The notes beneath the pieces are model-generated. The model did no database searches. It was not told where the DNA came from and was given only the letters and a program-made list of their open reading frames with translations. Of a DNA stretch of 19,686 bases, positions 7,179-14,359 are shown in pieces (position 1 is the first letter of the stretch; each line of letters starts with the position of its first letter). The DNA is from Candidatus Eiseniibacteriota bacterium. Its GTDB lineage: Bacteria > Eisenbacteria > RBG-16-71-46 > DASYSL01. Location of the stretch: contig JBKJJJ010000157.1 in NCBI GenBank assembly GCA_046598045.1, positions 1 to 19,686 of the forward strand. The letters run 5' to 3'. The translations under genes were made by a program, and so were the position numbers.

Positions 7179-8234
7179 ATGAAGATCGTGGTGCTCGGAG
7201 GCGGCGCGCAGGGGCGGGTGATCGCGACGGACCTGGCGCGCTCGCTGGGGGATGCGGCGGTGACGGTCGCCGACGTGCGGCAGCCGGACCTGCCCGCGCT
7301 CGGCAACCTCGACTGGGTCGAGGCGGACGCGTCCGACAAGGACGGGCTCGCGCGGTTGATCTCGAAGTACGACCTCGCGGTCGGGGCGCTGCCGTCGCGC
7401 TTCGGATTCGGTGCGATGGAGGCCGCGATCGACGCGGGCCGGAACATGGTCGACGTCTCGTTCGCCGGGCAGGACCCGCTGACGCTCGAGGGCGCCGCGC
7501 ACAAGGCCGGCGTGACGATCGCGCCCGACTGCGGCCTCGCGCCCGGGCTGTCCCACCTGCTCGCCGGGGACCTGTACGTGCGCCACGGCGCGCCCGAGAT
7601 GCTCGAGATCCTGGTCGGCGGCGTCGCGCAGGACAAGACGCGGCCCTACGGCTACGTCGTCACCTGGTCGCTCGACGACCTGGTCGAGGAGTACACGCGC
7701 CCGGCGCGCATCGTGCGGGACGGCGTGCCGACCGAGCTGCCCGTGTTCAGCGAGACGCGGCCCGAGGAGGTCGCGGGAGTGGGCACGATGGAGGCGTTCC
7801 TGTCGGACGGGCTGCGCACGCTGATCCACACGCTGCCCGGGGTCCGGACCATGGAGGAGAAGACGTTGCGCTGGCCGGGCCACGCCGCAGCCATCCAGCC
7901 GCTGCTCGCGAGCGAGCGCTTCCTCGAGGAGTTCCGCGCCCAGTGCGTGGTCGATCCGCCGGCCGACCTGGTCGCGCTCGTCGTGCGCGCGCGCTGGGCG
8001 AACGGCCGCGCGCAGGCGATCACCATGGTCGACCGCTACGACCCCGCCACGAAGCTGACCGCGATGGCGCGCACGACCGCGTTCACGACCTCGGTCATCG
8101 CGCAGCTCGCGGCCGCGGGCGGGATGCCCTCGGCCGGCGTGCTGCCCCCCGAGAAGATCGCGTCGAACCCGGACGCCGTGCGCTTCGTGATCGACGCGAT
8201 GGCGAGCCGGGGCGTGATCTTCGATGGGTTCTAG
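7179..8234 (+). CDS. Saccharopine dehydrogenase / L-lysine 6-dehydrogenase family NAD(P)-dependent oxidoreductase
   Basis: N-terminal Rossmann MKIVVLGGGAQG, then DCGLAPGL, TWSLDDLVEEYTRPARIV and EKTLRWPGH. AAAGGA RBS precedes ATG 7179. Confidence 0.85.
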   Translation: MKIVVLGGGAQGRVIATDLARSLGDAAVTVADVRQPDLPALGNLDWVEADASDKDGLARLISKYDLAVGALPSRFGFGAMEAAIDAGRNMVDVSFAGQDPLTLEGAAHKAGVTIAPDCGLAPGLSHLLAGDLYVRHGAPEMLEILVGGVAQDKTRPYGYVVTWSLDDLVEEYTRPARIVRDGVPTELPVFSETRPEEVAGVGTMEAFLSDGLRTLIHTLPGVRTMEEKTLRWPGHAAAIQPLLASERFLEEFRAQCVVDPPADLVALVVRARWANGRAQAITMVDRYDPATKLTAMARTTAFTTSVIAQLAAAGGMPSAGVLPPEKIASNPDAVRFVIDAMASRGVIFDGF

Positions 8235-11062
8235 TCGCGGATGCCCTTCCGAGTGATGCGCTCGCCCAGCGCGCTCAAGCGGTAGAAGTACACGCCGGCC
8301 GCGACCTGGCGGCCGGATGCGTCCGCGCCGTCCCACGTCGCCTCGACGGGGCCGGCAGGCAGGCGCCGATCGAGCACCACGGCGACGCGGCGGCCGGCGA
8401 GGTCGAACACCTCGAGCTTCGCGTCGCCCGCCCGGGGAAGCGTGAAGCGCAGCGACGTCGTGCTGCCCGCGCGGAACGGGTTCGGCGCGCCACCGGCGAA
8501 CGCCACGTGCGCGGTGGAGCCGGGACCCGGGCCGGCGTCGACGAGCGGCGGGGTCGACTGCGGGTTCGCCGGGTTCGAACCGGCGTCGAGTTCGTCGCGG
8601 TCGAGGTAACCGTCGCGGTCGCGGTCGAGCGCCATGCGCAGGCCCGATGCCGGTGGCACGCCGAACCACGTCAGCTCCGACCCGTCCGCCGCGAGGGCGC
8701 GCAGCGCAGCCTTCGACAGGCGCGCTTCGGCGACCCGATCCGACCCGAAGTCGCCGCTCGCCGGCGCATACAGCCAGCCGCGCCGCAAGCCACCCGACTT
8801 GCCGAGCACGACCAGGTCGCAATCGCTCGCCGCCGCCCGTGCGTAGAGCGTATCGAGCAAGGACGTGGTCGCGGACAGGTCGCGGTTCGCGGTGCCGAGC
8901 GTGATGCGTCGGCCGACCGCCGGGGCAGTGCCCGTGTCGAACGCGAGCAGGAATGCCTCGACGTCCGCGCGCTGCGGGTTCCCGCCCGGGAAGTTGAACA
9001 CCGGGAGGTTCAGGAAATTGACGAGATTGTCGAACGCCCCATCGTGCGTGAATCCGTAGCCTGCGCGGTTGACGCTGCCCGGAGCGCGGGACATGTGGTT
9101 CTTCTCGTACTCGTTGCGGAGTTGCGGGACCTTGATGTCCTGGGATTCGAGCAGCGCCTCGTTGTTGATCACCTGGTTGTTCGTACCCGTCGGCACCAGG
9201 TGGCAGTTGTTGCAGGTGAACGGGCCGTCATGCGTGACGTTCATGTACTCGTTCTCGCCACGCGCGGCGCTCGGACCGCTCGGCGGGTTCGGCAGCGAGC
9301 GATCGAGCAGCCGGTTCGGGTTTGGCCCGAAGCGCACGGTCGCGATGAAGTCGGCGTACGACTGCATGTCGCCGGCTGACAGCGAGTCGGCGCGGCCCAT
9401 CAAGCCGACGAATGCGCCGTTGAACGCGAGGAAACCCGCGCGGTCGGCGCGCCAGTGCATGAGCCCGATGTCACCCAGTCCGCGCAGCGTCTGCGTGGTC
9501 ATCGGGCCCTTCATCGGGTGGAAGCCCTGCAGGAACGCGCCGGCGACCTGGTTCGGCGGCGGGTTCTGGTAGTTGCCCTGCGGGTTGCCGAGGTCCCACG
9601 CGATGTTGTCGAAGTTCGAGAACGCGTGGCACGAGGCGCACGACGCGTCCCCGTGGCCCGACGTCGCCGCCGCGTCGTAGAGGAACGGCCGCCCGTTCTT
9701 GATCGTCGAAGGCGTCGGGTCGAAGCCGAGCGCGACGGTCGCGAGCACCTGGTCATTCGCGGTGGTCACGATCGAGATCGAATTGTCGAAGCGGTTGAGC
9801 GCGTAAACGCGCGCGCCGTCGGGTGCCATCGCGAGCCCGACCGGGCCCTGGCCCACGGTCACGCGCCCGGTCACCGCGGCGGTCGCACCGTCGAGCACCC
9901 CGAGCTTGTTCGAGCCCAGCGCCGCGACGTAGGCCTTGGTCCCGTTCGGCGTGAAGCGCACGTCGGTCGGCTGCGCCAGCGAGAGCGCGATCTCGGACGG
10001 CGAGCCAGGCGAGGTCGCGTAGTTGATGTGCCCGTTCAGGTGGACCGGGGTCACCACGCCGGTCGCGGGGTCGACGATCGAGACGCGGTTGCGCACGAAC
10101 GAGCCGCGCAGGTTCGGTTCGAAACGCGTCGCGTTCATGGCCTCGGTGTTGGTGACGAACAGCTTCCCCGAGACCGGGTTCGGCGCGAGGTTGAACAGCA
10201 GCGTGCCGACGCCCGTGATCTCGCGCGTGATCGTGCGCGTGGCGGCGTCGATCACGAACACGTCCTTGTCGGCCAGCGTGTAGGGGACGCGCGCATCCCA
10301 GTTGCGGCCCAGCTCGTCCACCCAGTGCGTGCCGTCGTGGCGCACGATCAAGCCGACGTCGGGCGCGGCCGGCAGGTCGCTGCGCATGGGCGGGCTCGGC
10401 GCGGGCGGCCCGCCGCCGGCGGTCACGTCCTGGAAGCGCACGATCGTGGTCTTGTTGCCGGATTCGAATGCGGCCGCGTAGACCTTCGTGGTGTCGGGCG
10501 AGAGCGCGAGCGCGCGCGGGTCGTCGCTGAAGAGCGCGATCGGCGCGCCGACCTGCGCGAGCGTCACGGGGTCGAACACCTTGACGCGGTCCTCCGCGGA
10601 GAGGCACACGAACGCCTGCCGGGGCGCACCCGGGACGAGCGAGGTCTTCGCGAACACGACGTCGGTCGGCTCGTCGCCCACCCGCAGCGTGCGCACGACG
10701 TTGCCGGCGGCGACGTCCACGATCGAGATGTCGTCGGAGAGGTGGTTGACGACCCACACCTCGTTGTCGGTGCGCGCCGCGACCGACACCGGCTCGAGCC
10801 CGACCGGGATCTCGTCCACGAGCGACAGCCCCTCGGGCGTGACGTCGTACACCTCGAGCCGCGCATCGGGGACATTGAGCGCGAACAAGCGCTGCCCGTT
10901 CGGCGAGAGCGCGATCGGGTGGACGGGGTCGCTCTCGAAGTTCGTGAAGTCGGTCACCGGGGGCGCCGCCGAGCGGACCGGGTGCGGATGATCGAGCAGC
11001 GCAAAGGCCGCGAGGACCGAGGCGAATGCGATGACGGCTGTGGTGGCCTGGCGTGGGCGCAT
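8231..11062 (-). CDS. Secreted YVTN/YncE-type beta-propeller + di-haem cytochrome c (CcP/MauG-like) + C-terminal FlgD Ig-like domain protein
   Basis: Signal-like N-terminus and repeated propeller blades (IPVGLEPVSVA..VWVVNHLSDDISIVD; VGQGPVGLAM..VYALNRFDNSISIV). Two CxxCH motifs (CASCH 9626-9640, CNNCH 9200-9214), KVPQLRN, acidic DRDRDGYLDRDE, and C-terminal PNPF..F.LP..VFDLAGR..WDG.D..G..VAAGVYFYRL. Confidence 0.85.
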   Translation of the reverse strand: MRPRQATTAVIAFASVLAAFALLDHPHPVRSAAPPVTDFTNFESDPVHPIALSPNGQRLFALNVPDARLEVYDVTPEGLSLVDEIPVGLEPVSVAARTDNEVWVVNHLSDDISIVDVAAGNVVRTLRVGDEPTDVVFAKTSLVPGAPRQAFVCLSAEDRVKVFDPVTLAQVGAPIALFSDDPRALALSPDTTKVYAAAFESGNKTTIVRFQDVTAGGGPPAPSPPMRSDLPAAPDVGLIVRHDGTHWVDELGRNWDARVPYTLADKDVFVIDAATRTITREITGVGTLLFNLAPNPVSGKLFVTNTEAMNATRFEPNLRGSFVRNRVSIVDPATGVVTPVHLNGHINYATSPGSPSEIALSLAQPTDVRFTPNGTKAYVAALGSNKLGVLDGATAAVTGRVTVGQGPVGLAMAPDGARVYALNRFDNSISIVTTANDQVLATVALGFDPTPSTIKNGRPFLYDAAATSGHGDASCASCHAFSNFDNIAWDLGNPQGNYQNPPPNQVAGAFLQGFHPMKGPMTTQTLRGLGDIGLMHWRADRAGFLAFNGAFVGLMGRADSLSAGDMQSYADFIATVRFGPNPNRLLDRSLPNPPSGPSAARGENEYMNVTHDGPFTCNNCHLVPTGTNNQVINNEALLESQDIKVPQLRNEYEKNHMSRAPGSVNRAGYGFTHDGAFDNLVNFLNLPVFNFPGGNPQRADVEAFLLAFDTGTAPAVGRRITLGTANRDLSATTSLLDTLYARAAASDCDLVVLGKSGGLRRGWLYAPASGDFGSDRVAEARLSKAALRALAADGSELTWFGVPPASGLRMALDRDRDGYLDRDELDAGSNPANPQSTPPLVDAGPGPGSTAHVAFAGGAPNPFRAGSTTSLRFTLPRAGDAKLEVFDLAGRRVAVVLDRRLPAGPVEATWDGADASGRQVAAGVYFYRLSALGERITRKGIRD

Positions 11063-11147
11063 GGGGTGTCTCCGGATCGGATCGGGGCGCCGGCGCGTGG
11101 GCGGGGCACGCGGCGCAAGGCGGCTATGAGGTTAGCAGAGGATCCGC

Positions 11148-11153
11148 TACATT
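11148..11153 (+). promoter_or_regulatory. Putative -10 (TACATT) of a leaderless esterase transcript
   Basis: TAnnnT lies 7 nt before ATG 11161 and there is no SD sequence. Confidence 0.45.
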
Positions 11154-11160
11154 GCCACCC

Positions 11161-12270
11161 ATGACATCCAAACCGCGTTCCCCCAAGACCCATCCCGCCC
11201 GGCCCGGTCACGGGGCGCTCGCCGGCGCGCTCGTCGAGGGCCGCGCCAGGACGCGCGCCTCCGCTTTCGGGCGCATCGTTCTTGTCCGTTTCGAGAGCCA
11301 GGCGCTGCGCGGAAACCCGCTCGGCGACCCGGCCGTGCGCACGATCCCGGTCTACCTGCCGGCGGGCTACGACGATCCGCGCAACACCAGGCGGCGCTAC
11401 CCCTCGGTCTACGCGCTCGCCGGCTTCACCGGGCGCGGCACGATGATGCTCAACGACTCCGGCTGGGGCGAGACGCTCCCGATGCGCCTCGACCGCCTGA
11501 TCGCGACCGGCAAGATCCAGCCCATGATCGTGGCCATGCCCGATTGCTTCACGCTCTATGGCGGCAGCCAGTACCTCGACTCGAGCGCGCATGGGAACTA
11601 CGAGACGCACCTGGTGAGGGAACTCGTGCCCTGGATCGACCACGCGTTCCGCACGAAGGCGCAGGCGGCGCACCGCGCGGTCTTCGGCAAATCGAGCGGC
11701 GGCTTCGGCGCGATCGTGCAGGGGCTGCGCCACCCGGACGTGTTCGGCGCGCTGGCGGACCACTCGGGCGATTCCGCGTTCGAGTACTGCTACCTGCCGG
11801 ACTTCCCGGCGGTGGTGCGCGCGTTCGACAAGTACGGTTCGATCCAGAAGTGGTGGGCGGCGTTTCAGCGTGCGCCGAAGAAGGGCTACGACTGGCTCAA
11901 GGTGCTCAACGTGATCGCGATGGCGGCCGCGTACTCGCCGAACCCGAAGCGGCCTTTGCGCGTGGACCTGCCGTTCGACGTCAAGACCGGCGAGCTGATC
12001 CCCGCAGTGTGGAAGCGCTGGCTGGCGTGGGACCCCGTGCGCATGGTCTCGGGCAGCGCGCGCTACCGGAAGGCGGCGAAGCGGCTCAAGCTCGTGTTCG
12101 TCGATTGCGGCACGCGCGACGAGTTCAACCTCGACCTCGGCGCGCGCATGCTGGCGGCGGAGTTGCGCAAGGCGGGAGCGCGCGTGGTGCACGAGGAGTT
12201 CGACGACACGCACATGGACATCACCTACCGCTACGACCGCTCGCTCGAGGCGCTGTCGAAGGTGCTTTAA
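11161..12270 (+). CDS. Alpha/beta hydrolase, enterochelin esterase (Fes)-like family
   Basis: NPLGDP..VYLPAGY, YPSVYALAGF, GGSQY, nucleophile elbow GKSSGG, DCGTRDEF and C-terminal DDTH. Start placed at ATG 11161. Confidence 0.85.
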   Translation: MTSKPRSPKTHPARPGHGALAGALVEGRARTRASAFGRIVLVRFESQALRGNPLGDPAVRTIPVYLPAGYDDPRNTRRRYPSVYALAGFTGRGTMMLNDSGWGETLPMRLDRLIATGKIQPMIVAMPDCFTLYGGSQYLDSSAHGNYETHLVRELVPWIDHAFRTKAQAAHRAVFGKSSGGFGAIVQGLRHPDVFGALADHSGDSAFEYCYLPDFPAVVRAFDKYGSIQKWWAAFQRAPKKGYDWLKVLNVIAMAAAYSPNPKRPLRVDLPFDVKTGELIPAVWKRWLAWDPVRMVSGSARYRKAAKRLKLVFVDCGTRDEFNLDLGARMLAAELRKAGARVVHEEFDDTHMDITYRYDRSLEALSKVL

Positions 12271-12305
12271 AGAAGCGACCGAGTACCCGCCCGGAGAATT
12301 CCACC

Positions 12306-13217
12306 ATGGCCGTTCCCCCGTTCGACGACTTTCTATTTCCCACACTAACGCTGCTTTCCGACGGGGTGGAGCGCTCCATCAGTGAACTTGCCGAGGGCGT
12401 TGCGAAGTTGCTGGGCTTGAGCGAACAGGATCGAGCCGAGTTGGTTGCAAGTGGGATTCGCACGAAGTATCGCGACCGTGTTGGATGGTCGCGAACTTAT
12501 CTCAACAAGGCCGCACTGATCTTCTCCGTCCGCCGCGGGTATTGGCAGATCAACGGCACCGGCCGCAACTTTCTTCGCGATCATGCGTCGGGTTTTGGAG
12601 TCGTCGCCCTCCGCGAGTGTGCAGGATTCTTGGAGTTCATCAATCCGGCGCGAGACGGGTTGGCGACGCCCCCGGCGGACACGCCTTCGGATACGGTCCT
12701 CTCCCCGAAGGAAAGTCTCGAAAAGTCCTACGCAATCCTGAGAGTCGGCCTCGAATCCGACGTCCTGACTAGATTGCGAACATGCACCCCAGGGTTTTTC
12801 GAGCGATTGGTCATTGATGTGCTCAAGGCCATGGGCTATGGAGGCGCCCGAGACGACTCTGCCAGGGTGACTGGTAAGTCCGGAGATGAGGGAATCGACG
12901 GGGTCATCAATGAGGACCGATTGGGACTCGACAGCGTCTATGTTCAAGCGAAGAAGTGGGAAAATGTCGTCGGCCGACCGGAGGTTCACCGCTTCGTCGG
13001 CGCGCTAATAGGCCAGGGCGCGAAGAAGGGCATTTTCATCACGACCTCACGATTTAGCGCCGAAGCGATCGAGTTCGCAAAGCGATCGGATACTCGGGTG
13101 GTCCTGATTGACGGCAAAGCCCTCGCTCACTACATGGCGGAGTTCAACGTTGGCGTCACACTGGTCGAGACCTACCAAATCAAGCGAATCGACAACGACT
13201 ATTTCGATGATGAATGA
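12306..13217 (+). CDS. mrr: Mrr-family type IV (modification-dependent) restriction endonuclease
   Basis: N-terminal Mrr_N/wHTH (LSEQDRAEL.SG....DRVGWSRTYL.KA) and catalytic FFERLVIDVL..MGYG, SGDEGIDG, VYVQAKKW, KGIFITTSRFS, LIDG. GGAGA RBS upstream. Visibly lower GC than the flanks. Confidence 0.92.
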   Translation: MAVPPFDDFLFPTLTLLSDGVERSISELAEGVAKLLGLSEQDRAELVASGIRTKYRDRVGWSRTYLNKAALIFSVRRGYWQINGTGRNFLRDHASGFGVVALRECAGFLEFINPARDGLATPPADTPSDTVLSPKESLEKSYAILRVGLESDVLTRLRTCTPGFFERLVIDVLKAMGYGGARDDSARVTGKSGDEGIDGVINEDRLGLDSVYVQAKKWENVVGRPEVHRFVGALIGQGAKKGIFITTSRFSAEAIEFAKRSDTRVVLIDGKALAHYMAEFNVGVTLVETYQIKRIDNDYFDDE

Positions 13218-13657
13218 GCACTGAACGGAACGAGCCAACCAGGCTCGACTCCGCCCTCATTTCGATCGCCGGCAAGCTCTGGACGTCGCCCAATACCGCG
13301 CTCGGGCTTGTCTTCGGCGCGGTCGCGGTCACGCTCGGGGCGCGCGCGCAGATCGGGCGCAACGCGCTCGAGTTCCTGGGCAACCCGTTCGTGGCGTTCG
13401 GCGGGCGCGCCGCGCTGGTGCTCGGCAACACCATTCACTACGCCCCCGGGCGCGGGCCCGATGAACTGGTCCTGCGCTACGACCGCTCGGGATGGGTCAG
13501 GCTCGGGGAACACGAAAGGGCCCATACCGCCCAGTACGAGCGGTGGGGGCCCTTCTTTCTTCCGGCGTATGCGATCTCGTGGCTGCCGTTCGTGCCGCCG
13601 CCCGGGAATCGCTTCGAGCACGCGGCGGATGATGCGGCCGAACGGACGGGTTGCTAG
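13214..13657 (+). CDS. Small hypothetical protein with HExxH (zincin-like) motif
   Basis: ATGA overlap with the mrr stop. Contains LWTSPNTALGL, HERAHTAQYERWGPFFLPAY and NRFE; codon usage is host-like after the first codons. Confidence 0.7.
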   Translation: MSTERNEPTRLDSALISIAGKLWTSPNTALGLVFGAVAVTLGARAQIGRNALEFLGNPFVAFGGRAALVLGNTIHYAPGRGPDELVLRYDRSGWVRLGEHERAHTAQYERWGPFFLPAYAISWLPFVPPPGNRFEHAADDAAERTGC

Positions 13658-14235
13658 AGCCCGGACCCCGCGCTGCCCTTGCGCCAGCCGCCCTCGTCCT
13701 CGTCGTCCTCGTCGTCCGTCTCGAAGTCGTCGAATTCGCCCGCGGGCTCGTCATCGTCCCCGTCGTGGCCGGCGATCTCGGCCAACTCGGCCTCGTCTTC
13801 GTCGTCCTCGTCGTCATCGCCCTCGTACTCGAGGTCGAGACGCTCGTCCTCGCTCACGCCGAAGATCAGCTCGCTCGAGGCGTAGGTCGTGCCGGTGTTC
13901 TTGACCAGCGCCACGACCTGGTCGACGAACGTCCCCAGGTCGTCGGGCACGATGGTCGACAGCGGGTGCATGAACACCGACCACAGCTCCTTCTTCCGCA
14001 GCGCGTACTTGGCGTCGAGCGCGCGGTCGAAGTTCGCCTGCAGCAGGATCGAGAGGAAGCCCGAGTCGGTCACGCGCAGCTCGCCGATCGGCGCCATGAT
14101 GCGCATGCGGTCGTGCTCGACGTCGGAGACGACGTAGACCGTCACGTCGTTGCGCTGGCCGTGCCAGAAACCGTCCGAGCCTTCCATGTCCTCGAGCAGC
14201 CGTTCCAGCAGGCGGGCGAGCGTCCCGTGGGTCAT
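13654..14235 (-). CDS. Hypothetical protein, YbjN / type III secretion chaperone-like fold with Asp/Glu-rich C-terminal tail
   Basis: GGAGG RBS. DRMRIMAPI..LLQANFDRALDAKYAL..LWSVFMHPLS resembles YbjN-like proteins; followed by a ~55 aa acidic tail. Confidence 0.65.
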   Translation of the reverse strand: MTHGTLARLLERLLEDMEGSDGFWHGQRNDVTVYVVSDVEHDRMRIMAPIGELRVTDSGFLSILLQANFDRALDAKYALRKKELWSVFMHPLSTIVPDDLGTFVDQVVALVKNTGTTYASSELIFGVSEDERLDLEYEGDDDEDDEDEAELAEIAGHDGDDDEPAGEFDDFETDDEDDEDEGGWRKGSAGSGL

Positions 14236-14324
14236 CCTTGAGCCTCCGGTTTCGGGGTGTACGGCGTTCCCCCGGGTTATCGGCCGGGCCGCGGATCTTC
14301 TGGACCGGGTTTCTGGGCCCGGAC

Positions 14325-14358
14325 TTGCCGCCGGGTCGGGCGGCCACTAAAGTGGCCG
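14325..14358 (+). promoter_or_regulatory. Putative sigma70 promoter TTGCCG-N17-TAAAGT of the ABC exporter, with a palindrome over the -10
   Basis: -35 at 14325-14330, -10 at 14348-14353, ATG 6 nt later. Perfect inverted repeat CGGCCACT-AA-AGTGGCCG at 14341-14358. Confidence 0.55.
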
Positions 14359-14359
14359 A

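Noticed and set aside
8231..11062. Calling the protein cytochrome cd1 nitrite reductase or hydrazine synthase
   Set aside because: NirS has a single N-terminal haem c before the propeller, whereas here two haems follow it. No nir or hzs neighbours are present, so the resemblance is architectural only.
12271..13262. IS element or integron cassette carrying mrr
   Set aside because: No transposase, integrase, attC-like palindrome or target-site duplication could be found at either junction.
13690..13820. Tandem TCGTCG/TCGTCC nucleotide repeats
   Set aside because: They are explained by Asp/Glu codons of the acidic tail on the minus strand.
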